Positions 40,492 through 50,790 of a stretch of 64,000 nt of DNA are shown piece by piece (within the stretch, counting starts at the first letter, position 1; each line of letters begins with the position of its first letter). Origin of the DNA: an uncultured Actinomycetota bacterium (GTDB lineage Bacteria; Actinomycetota; Actinomycetes; JAFAQI01). The stretch covers positions 1,454,309 through 1,518,308 of the forward strand of contig CAWBLI010000005.1 in assembly GCA_963789615.1 (NCBI GenBank). The letters are read 5' to 3'. The notes below the pieces were generated by a model. That model worked only from the letters and a program-made list of their open reading frames with translations, did not search any database and was not told the DNA's origin. Position numbers and translations under genes: made by a program.

Positions 40492-43400
40492 ATGCTCAAA
40501 GGCGACCTGGCCACCACACCGCTCGCTCCGCTGCTCCTAGATCTCGCCGATGACAGTGCCACCGGGTGTCTGGTCATCGTCGAGGACAGCGGCGACGGTG
40601 ACGAGGCGCAGCTCTACCTCAAGCAGGGTCTGGTCTACGCCGTACAGGTCCCAGGACGGCGCCCCCAGCTCGGCTCGAAGCTCGTCTCCTCCGGCGCCCT
40701 AGCGCCCGAGGCGCTCGCCGATGCGCTCGAAGCGCAGCGGACCGAGCTGCAGGGCTGGCGCCTCGGCGAGCTGCTGGTCCACCTCGGGTACGTCGAACAG
40801 TCCGTCGTCGAGGCGTTCGTCCGCGAACAGGTCGACGACGCGATGTGGGACCTGATGCGCTGGCACAACGGCCGGTGGAGGTTCCGCAAGAACACGAAGA
40901 CCCGCGAGGACGTCGCCTCTCCGATGGAGGTCGTCGCCCTGCTGTCGAAGCTGCGGGAACGCGGCTACGAGTGGGAGACCATCTCCGCGGTCGTCCACGG
41001 GCCGGCCGCGGTGCCGGTGCTCTCGACGCGCGGCAACGCTGACGCCGAGATGACCCTCGACCCCGACGCCTGGTCGATGCTGTGCAAGATCGACGGCGAG
41101 CGCTCGGTCGCCGACCTGGCCCGCGATTGCGGTTACACGCTTGTTCGAGGCCGGTCACGTCATCGTGAGCCTGGTCCACGCCGGCTTGGTCGACATCGAG
41201 GAAGACGTCGACGTCGCCGGAGGGTGCGGCGTACGGCGCCAGCACGCTGTCGGCTGCCTGGCGCGACAACGCCGAGTCGGCGGAGACCGGTCGAGGTTGG
41301 TACGACGAGCCACAACGGCAACGGTCACGGCGAGCTCGGCGCAAGCGACGACGCCGAAGGCGACGCGCTCTCCCGGCTGGCCCGGCTCGTCACGGAGGTG
41401 GCGGGCGGGCCCGCAGTCTACCGAAGCGGCAGAGGCCGAACCGCTGGCAACCCAGCGAGGTTCTGGACGGTCCGGACTGGCACTCGATGAGCGAGACGGA
41501 CGACTCCTTCGCCGTTGCGCTGGCTCGGGTTTCATCAGCTCTGACCGAGGTACTGGGCCCCGCCAACGGCGAGAGCGATCCCTTCGACGTACCTGGCAAC
41601 ACTTCGCCTCCGCCGGCGTGAGTCCGAGCCCGACCCCGAGTGGGACCGACGCGCGAAGCTTCGCTCGGCGGCAGCCGCCGAGCTGGCGGCCGCACATGCG
41701 CTGGCCGAAGCGCTTCGGCCGCAGGACGAGGGCGAGCAGGAGCAGGCCGAGGCCGAAGGCGACGTCATCCACCTGGCTCCGAGCGAGGCCGAGCTCGCCG
41801 AGCGGAGGCGGCCGCTGAAGAGCAGGCTCGTCTTGAGGCCGAAGCGGAGGCTCGGCTGGAGGCCGAAGCGGAAGCTGCACGCCTCGAAGCGGAAGCAGAA
41901 GCTGCCCGGCTCGAAGCCGAAGCGGAAGCTGCACGTCTCGCCGCCGACGAAGAAGCCGCCCGGCTCGAAGCCGAAGCGGAAGCTGCACGGCTCGAAGCCG
42001 AAGGAGAGGCCGCCAGGCTCGCAGCCGAGGCAGAAGCTGCGCGGCTGGAGGCCGAAGCGGAGGCTGCACGCCTCGCCGCCGAAGACGAAGCCGCCCGGCT
42101 CGAAGCCGAAGCGGAAGCTGCACGCGTCGCCGCCGAAGCCGAGGAGAAGGCCCGGCTCGAGGCCGAAGCCGAGGCCGCACGCGTCGCCGCCGAAGCCGAA
42201 GAGAGGCCGCTCAGGCGGAAGCCGAAGCGGAGGCTGCACGCTCGCCGCCGAAGAAGAGGCCGCACGGCTCGCCGCCGAAGAGGAAGCGCACGGCTCGAAG
42301 CCGAAGAAGAGGCCGCCCGGCTCGCCGCTGAGGAAGAAGCCGCCCGGCTCGAAGCCGAAGCCGAAGCCGCAGGCTGGCTGCCGAGGAAGAAGCCGCCCGG
42401 CTCGCCGCGGACGAAGAAGCCGCCCGGCTCGCCGCTGAGGAAGAGGCAGCACGGCTGGCCGCTGAGGAGCAGGCACAGCTCGAGGCCGAGGCCGAAGCCG
42501 CCCGTGTCGCGGCAGAGGAGCAGGCCCAACTCGAAGCCGAAGCCGAAGCCGCACGCCTGGCCGCCGAGGAAGCGGCTCGCCTCGAAGCAGAGGCCGCTCA
42601 GTTGGCCGCAGACGAGCAAGCACGGCTCGACGCCGAAGCTGAGGCCGCGCGCCTCGAGGCCGAGGCCGAGGCTGAAGCCGAAGCCGCACGCCTGGCCGCG
42701 GAAGAGCAGGCACACCTCGAGGCCGAGGCCGAGGCCGCACGCCTGGCCGAAGCGAGGAGCAGGCACGCCTCGAGGCCGAGGCCGAAGCCGCACGGGCGGC
42801 TGCCGACGAGGCAAGCTCGGGTCGAGGCCGAAGCGGAAGCCGCACGCCTTGCCACCGAAGCTCAAGAGGAGGCCGCTCGCCTTGCCTCCGAGGAGGAGGC
42901 TGCTCGCCTTGCCGTCGAGGAGGCCGAGGCTCGCCTCGCCGCCGAGGAGCAGGCCCGACTTGTCGCGGAGGCCGAGGCGGCGCAACTCGCCGCTGAGGCG
43001 GACACGGCTCGGACGCCGTCGAGGAAGCCGAAGCTCGTCAGCTCGCCGAGCGGGAGTTCGCCCAGCTCGCAGCGGACGACACTCCCTATGTGCAGGCGCC
43101 GGCTGCCGGGTTCAGCGGGGCCGATGAAGAGGCCGCTCGCCTCGCAGACGAGGCGCAGATCGCCCAGCTCGCCGAGATCGCGCTCGACAGAGTGAGTCGG
43201 ACTTCAGCGCCGCGCAAGCAGCCGCCCTGCTGGTCGAGCTGTCCGCGGAACCAGTGACGGGCTACATGCCTCAGTCATCGTCGAATGACGATTACATGAC
43301 GCCTCGCGATGACGACGACGAGGACGACGACATCTATCCCAGACAGCAGGGCGGCGAGAACAAAGCGGATACCGCGGCCCTGTTGCGCGAGCTTTCGTCG

Positions 43401-43526
43401 CTAGGCACCGAGGAGAACAACGGGGACGCACCAGGTCCGCCGACTCCGCCGCGGCCCCAGCAGCAACGCCCCAACGCCGCGAACGACAAGAAGCAGCGCA
43501 AGAAGATCGGCCTCTTCGGCCTGTAG
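40492..43526 (+). pseudogene. DUF4388 (PatA-like N-domain) protein with giant Ala/Glu-rich coiled-coil repeat region and acidic/basic C-terminal tail; multiply frameshifted
   Basis: MLKGDLATTPLAPLLLDLADDSATGCLVIV...WDLMRWHNGRWRF is the DUF4388 domain. More than 40 copies of ARLEAEAEA follow. C-terminus DDDDEDDDIYPRQQ...KKQRKKIGLFGL. The reading frame changes at least 4 times (41148, about 42200, about 42780, about 43200). Confidence 0.5.
41820..43050 (+). repeat. 27-bp tandem repeat (about 45 units) encoding (A-R-L-E-A-E-A-E-A)n
   Basis: Unit consensus gaagccgaagcggaagctgcacgcctc with synonymous and conservative variation. Internal to the DUF4388 protein. Confidence 0.8.
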
Positions 43527-43536
43527 CGGATCACGC

Positions 43537-43594
43537 CGAGTGCAACGTTATTGCCCTTAAAGGGCGCCCGGTTAGGGACATAGCGTCGCACTCG
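43537..43594. repeat. nested-hairpin repeat element, family A (copy 3)
   Basis: CGAGTGCAACG-TTATT-GCCCTTAAAGGGC-GCCCGGTTAGGGACATAG-CGTCGCACTCG-ACGTG. About 85% identical to the copy at 4430 over roughly 60 nt, including the flanking ACGTG. Confidence 0.6.
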
Positions 43595-43613
43595 ACGTGA
43601 TGATGTGGGCTAG

Positions 43614-44525
43614 CTAGGCGTCGACGACTCGTTCGGCTTTGAGGGCCATGCCGGCGACGTTCAGCAACGCGTCGTCCGGGGTCTGACGCTTCACCACAGC
43701 CAGCGCGACCGGGCCGAGCTCGGTGTGCTGCACCGCCGTACCGAGGAAGCCCACCTGCTTGCCATCGAGCTCGATCGGTGTCTGCGGCGGCGGCAGCTCG
43801 TCAGACGTCCCGTCGAGATGACCGAGGATCAACCGACGCGGCGGCCGGCCCAGATTGTGAACGCGCGCAACGGTTTCCTGGCCCCGATAACACCCCTTGT
43901 TCAGATGTACGGCGTGGCCGATCCAGCCGACCTCGTGCGGAATCGTCCGATGGTCGGTCTCGAACCCGAGCCGCGGCCGATGCCCCGCCACCCGCACCGC
44001 CTCGAACGCGTCGTGACCGACGAGCGGCAGGTCGATCCCGTCGACCCGGTCGCCCAGCTCGGCGCGCGGGACGTAGCAGTCCTGGACCGAGCCTTCGGTC
44101 ACCACGGAGAGGATGGCGACGGACTCGGTCTCGTCGCTCACCTCGACCCGCAGCATGAACCGCATCGAGTCGAGGTACGACGTGAGCGCCGGCGCCGTCC
44201 CTGGCTCGACCCCGATCCATGTCGCCTCGCCGTCGTCGACGATCGCGAGGTGGTGCTCGACGTGTCCGTGCGGCGACAGGATCAGCGCCTCGATCGGCGC
44301 CTCCGGCGCCAGCGACTCGAGATGCTGCGACGTGAGCGAATGCAGCCAGGACAACCGGTCCGGCCCGCTGACCCGTACGACGCCACGATGTGACCGGTCG
44401 ACGACGCCTCCCGTCGTCAGCACCGCACGCTGCTCGCCGAACGGATCGCCGTAGTGCCCGGCGACGCCCGCATCGACACCACGGCCAGGCGCAGCGCCGT
44501 GCCGTTGCGATGGGAGCGTGCTCAC
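43614..44525 (-). CDS. ygfZ: folate-binding YgfZ-family protein (GcvT-like, Fe-S cluster repair/tRNA modification)
   Basis: GcvT-like fold and the conserved C-terminal region ...LNKGCYRGQETVARVHNLGRPPRRL (KGCYxGQE motif). Confidence 0.8.
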   Translation of the reverse strand: MSTLPSQRHGAAPGRGVDAGVAGHYGDPFGEQRAVLTTGGVVDRSHRGVVRVSGPDRLSWLHSLTSQHLESLAPEAPIEALILSPHGHVEHHLAIVDDGEATWIGVEPGTAPALTSYLDSMRFMLRVEVSDETESVAILSVVTEGSVQDCYVPRAELGDRVDGIDLPLVGHDAFEAVRVAGHRPRLGFETDHRTIPHEVGWIGHAVHLNKGCYRGQETVARVHNLGRPPRRLILGHLDGTSDELPPPQTPIELDGKQVGFLGTAVQHTELGPVALAVVKRQTPDDALLNVAGMALKAERVVDA

Positions 44526-46897
44526 CGGTCCATGCTAGGCGCCTCGTCGCTCCAGGCCACGCTCGCCGACACGGCGTCGTACCGCTCCAAACCCGCCCGG
44601 GGCGGCGGGACCGGATCTGAAGCCGTGGCCCGCGTCGCCGCCGGCAGTCGGAACGCGAACGTCGAGCCGGACCCGGGCGTCGATGTAACGGTGACATCGC
44701 CGCCCATCCCGCGGGCCAGCCGGCGACTGATGTAGAGCCCGAGCCCGGTGCCGGTCTGGGTCTGCGTCGCCGCCAGCCGCTCGAACCGCGCGAAGATCCG
44801 CTCCTGGTCCTCGACCGGGATGCCGGGGCCGTGGTCAGTGACGGCTACCACCACGTGATCGCCGTCGATATCCACCGCGATGTCGACCGGCTCGCAGTCC
44901 GGCGAGTACTTCACAGCGTTCGCGACCAGGTTCGACAGCACCCGCTCGATCCAGACCGCCGAGCCCTCGACGTCGCAGCACCCCGGCGGCGCGAACAACC
45001 GCACCCGCTGGGTCGCCTGCACCGACCGTACGACGTCGACCACCCGGCCCGCGATTGCGAAAACATCGACGACCGCCGGGGTCTCGCCGCCCCGGCTCTC
45101 GACCCGCGAGGACTCCAGGATGTTCAGCACCAGCGACTCGAGCCGTTGCGACTCGCGCAGGATGCTCTGCGCAGCGGTACGACGCTGGTCCTCGCTGAGC
45201 CGGTCGCCGCGGGTGAGCAGCGTCATCGCCCAGCCCTTGATCGGCACCAGCGGCGTCCGCAGCTCGTGCGAGACGACGGCGACGAAGTCGTCCTTGAGCA
45301 GCTCGAGCTCGCGGGCCTGCGTCACGTTACGGGCGATCACGACGAGCGAGGCGCCGCGTCCGTCACGGGCCGGCACCTGGCTGTAGGAGCACGACAGCCA
45401 GACCAGGCTGCCGTCGGCGGCCGTGACCTGCACCTCGACCGGCAGCACCCGGTCCTCGGGCTGCTCGTCCCACCCGGCGATCCGGACGACCGCTCCCGAG
45501 GAATCCCGCGGGTCCAGCGGCTCGAGGCCGACGTTGCCGACCAGGTCGGTCCCGGCGTACCCCGTCATCGCGGCCATTGCCGGGTTCCAGGACTGCACCG
45601 TGCCGTCGGCGTCGATCGTGAAGATCCCGTCGCCGGTGTGGTCGACGATGTCGGCCAGCGTGCGGCGCTGCGCCTCGATCGCGCGCACCAGGTCGACTCG
45701 CTGCAGGAAGCCGGCCAGCTCGCGGGCGAGCGCGCCGGCCACCGCCACGCCGGACTCGAACCCCTCGATGCCGCTGTGGTCGTGGAGCAGCAGGACGCCG
45801 AGGACGCGGTCGGCGGACACCAGCGGCGCCGCGAGCACCCGCACCCGCAGGCTCCGGGCACGCGTCGTCGGCAGCTCGGGCGGGTCGTCGAGCAGGACCG
45901 GGGCTATCAGCGTGGTGGCGAGCCGCTCGGCGAGCGGGTGCGGCCCGTCGCTGCGGCTGTAGACGCCGGCCGAGGTGCACCGGTGCACCTGCGGCAGCTC
46001 GTCGGGATCGAGCAGGACCAGCTCCGCGATCTCGGCCCCGAAGCCGGTGCAGGCGGCCGCCAGGGTCTCCGGCAGCACCTCACGGACGTCGTGCGACACG
46101 ACGAGATGGTGGGTGGCCTTGTGCAGACCGTCGAGCCGGCGGCGGTCAGCCCGCAGCGACGCCTCGGCGCGACCGGCGGCCCACAGCACGACGAGCAGCG
46201 CCATCGCCAGGGTGACGGTCCACGGCACCCACAGGTACGCCGCCGTGAGCAGCACGCCGACGACCGAGCTGGCGGCCAGGCTTCCGAGCCGGCCGAGCAG
46301 CACCGACCACAGAACGCGCTCGCTGTCGCGGGCGGAGTCGTCCACCCCGGTGACCCAGAGGATCCCGATCACGAGCAGCTGGTCGACGAGCCACACCGAC
46401 AGCAACGCGACGAGCAGGAGCAGCACCGAGGAGGTGCTGGCGATCGGCTGGCCGGAGCCACCGCTGATGATGAGGACGCCGACGCTCACCGATGCGACCC
46501 GCTGCGCGACGGTCAGCGCCCCGCGGACCACGCCGTCGCGCCGAATGATCCCGGCGACACCGACCCCGACGGCGACAACGACGACGGTGTCGGTACCCGT
46601 CGTACACAGAAGCAGTGGGGCGAAGAGCGACTCGACCAGGGTCAGGCCGCCGATCGCCTCGTGGCGGACGTACCGGATCTGCAGCGTCTCGGCCAACGCG
46701 ATCATCGCCGCGAAGATGATGAGGTACGCCGGGCCCAGCCGGTCGGGGCCGTCGACGGACGCCGCGAACGTGGCAAGGGTCGCCGCCGCCGCACCGACAC
46801 CGACGACGTACGCCAGCATCCGCGGTACCGCAGCAGCCGCTTGCCGGCTGTTCCTCTGTCGGGTGGCCGACCACGACAACGCCATGTCACCCCTCAC
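44522..46897 (-). CDS. multidomain sensor histidine kinase (membrane domain, GAF, PAS, HisKA, HATPase)
   Basis: About 9 TM helices. PAS region GDGIFTIDADGTVQSWNPAMAAMTGY. H-box VVSHELRTPL. N, G1 and G2 boxes (NLVANAVKYS, DHGPGI, GTGLGLYI). Confidence 0.85.
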   Translation of the reverse strand: MRGDMALSWSATRQRNSRQAAAAVPRMLAYVVGVGAAAATLATFAASVDGPDRLGPAYLIIFAAMIALAETLQIRYVRHEAIGGLTLVESLFAPLLLCTTGTDTVVVVAVGVGVAGIIRRDGVVRGALTVAQRVASVSVGVLIISGGSGQPIASTSSVLLLLVALLSVWLVDQLLVIGILWVTGVDDSARDSERVLWSVLLGRLGSLAASSVVGVLLTAAYLWVPWTVTLAMALLVVLWAAGRAEASLRADRRRLDGLHKATHHLVVSHDVREVLPETLAAACTGFGAEIAELVLLDPDELPQVHRCTSAGVYSRSDGPHPLAERLATTLIAPVLLDDPPELPTTRARSLRVRVLAAPLVSADRVLGVLLLHDHSGIEGFESGVAVAGALARELAGFLQRVDLVRAIEAQRRTLADIVDHTGDGIFTIDADGTVQSWNPAMAAMTGYAGTDLVGNVGLEPLDPRDSSGAVVRIAGWDEQPEDRVLPVEVQVTAADGSLVWLSCSYSQVPARDGRGASLVVIARNVTQARELELLKDDFVAVVSHELRTPLVPIKGWAMTLLTRGDRLSEDQRRTAAQSILRESQRLESLVLNILESSRVESRGGETPAVVDVFAIAGRVVDVVRSVQATQRVRLFAPPGCCDVEGSAVWIERVLSNLVANAVKYSPDCEPVDIAVDIDGDHVVVAVTDHGPGIPVEDQERIFARFERLAATQTQTGTGLGLYISRRLARGMGGDVTVTSTPGSGSTFAFRLPAATRATASDPVPPPRAGLERYDAVSASVAWSDEAPSMDR

Positions 46898-47238
46898 AGT
46901 GGCTTCACTGTGGGATCGGCAGATGGACGCGCCAGCCCCATGACGCGGCCGGGTGGGTGACGGCTGATCAGGAAGGACTAAGCCGTCCGTGTCCCCCCAG
47001 GTCAGGCCCCTGCCGACGGTGCGCCCAGCGACCGTTCGTGGGCGATGATGCCGCGACTGTCGGGACCGAGTGGCGACACGAGATCGATGAGCAGAGACAG
47101 CGGAATACCCGCCGCTAGCAGGCGCATGGCCGGGCTGATCGGGCTCGTGGAGTTGGTGATGTCCTGCACAACAAGTGGATCGGGACCGGGTGCGCGGTCG
47201 GACAGGGCCGTACGGACCAGCGGCGGTTCGGCGACCGG

Positions 47239-48003
47239 GTGGAATCGCGGGCCCGTAGCCTCAACCGGGTGACGGACCACCCATTGCCGAGTCTTTCGGT
47301 CGTGCTTCCGGCGTACAACGAAGAAGCCAACATCGAGACCGCGGTACGCCGAGCCGGCGAGGTGGCGGACCGGCTCGGGCTCGAGCATGAGGTGATCGTC
47401 GTCGACGACGGCTCGGTCGACCGGACTGCCCAAACCGTCCGGCGGATGCAGGCGTCCGACGACCGCGTGGTCCTGGTGCAGCACCGGCGCAACCTCGGGT
47501 ACGGCGAGGCACTGAAGAGCGGGTTCAGCTCAGCGACGATGGACCTGGTGTTCCTCACCGACGCCGACAACCAGTTCGACCTCGACGAGCTCGGGGACTT
47601 CCTCGAGCTGATCGAGCACGCCGACGTGGTGGCCGGCCACCGGGTGCATCGCAGCGACCCGTGGTTCCGCCGGGTCAACGGCCACGCGTGGAACTACCTG
47701 GTGCGCACGCTGTACTACGTGCCGGTCCGCGACGTCGACTGCGCCTTCAAGCTGTTCCGCCGCGAGGTGTTCGACGGTGTGACGCTGGACAGCGGCGGCG
47801 CGATGGTGAGCACCGAGCTGATGGTCACGCTGAGCCGGCGCGGCTACCGGATCGTCGAGCGCGGCGTCACCCATCTGCCGCGGACGGCCGGCAGCCCGGG
47901 TGGTGCCGACCCGCGGGTGATCGTGCGGGCGTTCCGGGAGCTGTTCCGGCTGCACGGGAAGCTCTCCGCGATGGAGCAGTCCTGGCTCAAGCCCCACGAG
48001 TGA
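47239..48003 (+). CDS. GT2 family glycosyltransferase (polyprenyl-phosphate sugar synthase-like, DPM1/GtrB type)
   Basis: LSVVLPAYNEEANI ... VIVVDDGSVDRT ... FLTDADNQFD (DxD) ... DCAFKLFRR. Confidence 0.8.
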   Translation: MESRARSLNRVTDHPLPSLSVVLPAYNEEANIETAVRRAGEVADRLGLEHEVIVVDDGSVDRTAQTVRRMQASDDRVVLVQHRRNLGYGEALKSGFSSATMDLVFLTDADNQFDLDELGDFLELIEHADVVAGHRVHRSDPWFRRVNGHAWNYLVRTLYYVPVRDVDCAFKLFRREVFDGVTLDSGGAMVSTELMVTLSRRGYRIVERGVTHLPRTAGSPGGADPRVIVRAFRELFRLHGKLSAMEQSWLKPHE

Positions 48004-48061
48004 GCGACAGGCTCGCTGGGCTGGCGGGCCCATCCGTGGGCCTAGCGTGGGGGTGAGTCGC

Positions 48062-49018
48062 TCAGCTCCAGTGACGGCCGCCGTCGGTCGTCGCGTAGGC
48101 GCGACCGGCACTGATCAGGAGCCCGTCGTTGCCGGACGCGAGCGCGACTGAGGCCGGCGCGATCGCCTCGGTCAGGCAGCTGCCCTGGTGCCAGGTCCGC
48201 CCAGAGTTGCTGCTGGTGGCGACGCGCAGCCCGGCGCAGTGGAGTGCTCCCGACAGGACGAGTACGGCGTCGCCGGACTCCCCGGCCGCCACGGCCGCGA
48301 CGGTGCCGGCCGGGACCTGGCCGACGGCCTTCCAGCTCGATCCGGCGTTGGTGGTGCGCTCGACGCCGGTGGGGCAGACGACCAGAGCGGTGTTGTTACC
48401 GGTGGCCGACACGGCGACGGGCTTGGCGTTGCCGCTGCACGGCGTCGTCGTGGCCCCGGTCGAGGTGCGCACCCCGCCCTTGAGCGGGAACCACACCGAT
48501 CCCAGCGTGGTGGCGGCGGTCCAGGTGGTGCCGCCGTCGCCGGTCCCGTAGTAGGTCGGTGAGGTGCACGAAGCGGTCGTCCCGACCGCCCAGCCGGCGG
48601 TAGCGCTGGTGAACTCGATCCGCAGCACGTGCGGCGCCGGCGCCGTGAGCGCCGACCACGACCGGCCGCCGTCCGTCGTCTTCGCCAGGTTGGGCTTTCC
48701 GCTGCACCCGCCGTGCGCGCGCCACGCCGTCGTACTGTCGCTGGCCGTGAACAACCGGTTGCGCTCGCCCGGCGTGACCGTGGCGTCCGAGCCCGGCTGT
48801 TGGGAAGTGCTCGCGTTCGGGCTGGCGCTCGCCGAGGGGCTGGGAGTCAGGTTCACGGTGCCGCTGAATGTCACGACCGATCTCGTCGCCGCGCTCTGCG
48901 CCGCACTGGACGGGTCGGAGCGGTGCGAACGGTCGAGCGCAGCATGAACCAGCGCCGCGTCCCCGACCGTCAGCAGGACGACGAGAAGGACGACAGCGAC
49001 CCGCCGGAGCCCTAACAC
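48062..49018 (-). CDS. secreted BNR/Ycf48-like beta-propeller protein
   Basis: Signal peptide. Repeated S-x-D-x-G-x-T-W motifs (TTDGGRSW, TGDGGTTW, TTNAGSSW, SSNSGRTW, TTDGGRHW). Confidence 0.55.
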   Translation of the reverse strand: MLGLRRVAVVLLVVLLTVGDAALVHAALDRSHRSDPSSAAQSAATRSVVTFSGTVNLTPSPSASASPNASTSQQPGSDATVTPGERNRLFTASDSTTAWRAHGGCSGKPNLAKTTDGGRSWSALTAPAPHVLRIEFTSATAGWAVGTTASCTSPTYYGTGDGGTTWTAATTLGSVWFPLKGGVRTSTGATTTPCSGNAKPVAVSATGNNTALVVCPTGVERTTNAGSSWKAVGQVPAGTVAAVAAGESGDAVLVLSGALHCAGLRVATSSNSGRTWHQGSCLTEAIAPASVALASGNDGLLISAGRAYATTDGGRHWS

Positions 49019-49037
49019 GCTGACCAGGACATCACGG

Positions 49038-49655
49038 TCACGACGGCCTGTCGGCTCGACTCGCCGCTTCGTACTGGCTCACGCAGTCGTCGTACGACGG
49101 AAGGATTCCCTCGCTCACCGCCTGGGACAGGCTCACCGCCTCGGCGTCGCGCGGCGAGCGGATCAGGTCGCCGATGTCGTCCGGCCACGGCAGTCCGAGC
49201 GCTGCATCCAGCGCGTCGAGGGTGTGCTCAGCGGCCGGGTTGTACGTCGAGGAGACCAGGTAGTTCACGACCGTGTCGTCACGCAGCGCGCAGAATCCGT
49301 GCGCCAGGCCCTCGGCGACCACCAGCACTCGTCGGTCGACATCGTCGAGGACGGCGCTCGCGAACGCCCCGAAGGTCGGCGACCCGACGCGCACGTCGAG
49401 GACGACGTCGAGGACCGAGCCAGCCGGGCAGGCAACGACCTTCGCCTGACCGGGCGGTACGTCGGCGACATGCATGCCACGCAGCACGCCGCGATGCGAG
49501 AGCGAGAGATTCGCCTGCGCGGTAGGAAATCGTCGGCCGGTCGCCTCGGCCAGCTCGTCGTCGCGAAACCACTCGAGGAACGCGCCGCGGTCATCGGCGT
49601 ACTGCGTGGGGGTGCACAGCCAGGCGCCGGGAACGTCGAGCGGGCGAATGTCCAC
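49038..49655 (-). CDS. rmlC: dTDP-4-dehydrorhamnose 3,5-epimerase
   Basis: VDIRPLDVPGAWLCTPTQYADDRGAFLEWF...RGMHV is the RmlC cupin. GTG start. The long upstream in-frame extension is an artefact. Confidence 0.85.
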   Translation of the reverse strand: MDIRPLDVPGAWLCTPTQYADDRGAFLEWFRDDELAEATGRRFPTAQANLSLSHRGVLRGMHVADVPPGQAKVVACPAGSVLDVVLDVRVGSPTFGAFASAVLDDVDRRVLVVAEGLAHGFCALRDDTVVNYLVSSTYNPAAEHTLDALDAALGLPWPDDIGDLIRSPRDAEAVSLSQAVSEGILPSYDDCVSQYEAASRADRPS

Positions 49656-49674
49656 GCCCGGGACGCTATCGGGG

Positions 49675-50211
49675 TTAGCTGCCTGGAGGTGACGGCGATG
49701 GTGTCGGGGTGGCGTCGCCGGCAGCCGGGCTCGGCGGGAGAGCGGAGGCGTTGCCCGGGGTTGCCGTCGGAGTCGCGGTCGACGTCCCGTGCGAAGTGGC
49801 CGTCGACCTGGCAGTCGACGCGGCCGTTGGCGTTGCGGTTGGTTCGCCGCTGGGTACGGCGCTCGGTACGGCGGTGACGCGGCACGGCGTCGCGTACGCC
49901 GTCGCGGGGGCGTGAGAGCTCGGCGAGCTGGCAGACGGCATCGGCGTGGCACATGCGGCGGTCCGATGGTGCGAGCTGCTCGCCGGGGTGACGACCTGGA
50001 CGTGGCCACCGGATCCGCCGGACGACGTGACGGCATGCACGGTTATCGGCGTACCGGCCAGCACCGCCGCTACCCCGGTCGCGGCGTAGGCCTGGTGCCG
50101 TCGATGGATCCGATGGCCGGCCCGCCGTACGACGGTCAGGGTGCCGGGATCCGCGACCGCCCGGTCGGCCAGTCCGCGCATGGCGGCGCGGATCGCATCG
50201 TCGTTCATCAT
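49675..50211 (-). CDS. hypothetical protein, possible anti-sigma factor partner of the ECF sigma (S/T/P/A-rich C-terminus)
   Basis: Start overlaps the sigma-gene stop (ATGA). N-terminal 60 aa globular, one hydrophobic segment GVAAVLAGTPITVHAV, then low-complexity tail. Confidence 0.35.
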   Translation of the reverse strand: MMNDDAIRAAMRGLADRAVADPGTLTVVRRAGHRIHRRHQAYAATGVAAVLAGTPITVHAVTSSGGSGGHVQVVTPASSSHHRTAACATPMPSASSPSSHAPATAYATPCRVTAVPSAVPSGEPTATPTAASTARSTATSHGTSTATPTATPGNASALPPSPAAGDATPTPSPSPPGS

Positions 50212-50753
50212 GTGCCGATCCTCACGGTGGGTTCATCCTCCAGGACATCTGCGTCAGACAGCAGCACGCGCAGCTTGCTCAACCCGCGTGAGGTCTGACT
50301 CTTCACGGTGCCGACCGAGCACTGCAGCACCTCGGCGGCTTGCGCCTCGCTCATGTCATCCAGGTAGCGCAGGACCACTGCGGCGCGCTGGCGGACCGGC
50401 AGGCAGGCGAGCGCTCGCTGCAGGGCATCGAGCTGGTCGACGTGGGCGAAGGCGTCTCTGCCGACGACCTCGGGAAGCTCGGCGGTAGGCCGCTCGCCCC
50501 GCCACCGCCGGCGCCAGGACATCCGCTGCTCGTTGACGATGGCAGTCCGGACGTAAGCCTCGGCCCGCCCGTGGTCGATCTTCGACCAGCGCAGCATGGT
50601 GCGCGTCAACGCCGCCTGGACCAGATCCTGGGCGGCGTTGCGGTCGCCGCAGATCAGATAGGCAAAGCGGGTGAGCGGGAGCAGCCGCGCCTGCACGAAC
50701 TGCGCGAAGCCGTCCTCGTCGCGGATCACACCTGTCACGATGCGCAGCCCCAC
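50208..50753 (-). CDS. ECF (sigma-70 group 4, SigE-like) RNA polymerase sigma factor
   Basis: Region 2 FAYLICGDRNAAQDLVQAALTRT and region 4 LRYLDDMSEAQAAEVLQCSVGTVKSQTSRGLSKLR. Confidence 0.85.
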   Translation of the reverse strand: MGLRIVTGVIRDEDGFAQFVQARLLPLTRFAYLICGDRNAAQDLVQAALTRTMLRWSKIDHGRAEAYVRTAIVNEQRMSWRRRWRGERPTAELPEVVGRDAFAHVDQLDALQRALACLPVRQRAAVVLRYLDDMSEAQAAEVLQCSVGTVKSQTSRGLSKLRVLLSDADVLEDEPTVRIGT

Positions 50754-50790
50754 CGAATGGTTGCCCCGTCGTACCGATTCCCTCGAAGGG

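Noticed and set aside
41820-43050. 27-bp tandem repeat as a CRISPR array
   Set aside because: Units are contiguous with no spacers, are coding (ARLEAEAEA) and are degenerate in a codon-position-biased way. No cas genes are present.
47002-47484. 160-aa minus-strand ORF between the histidine kinase and GT2 genes
   Set aside because: It overlaps the GT2 start in the opposite orientation, with no conserved motifs. The 340-bp divergent region is better explained as promoters.
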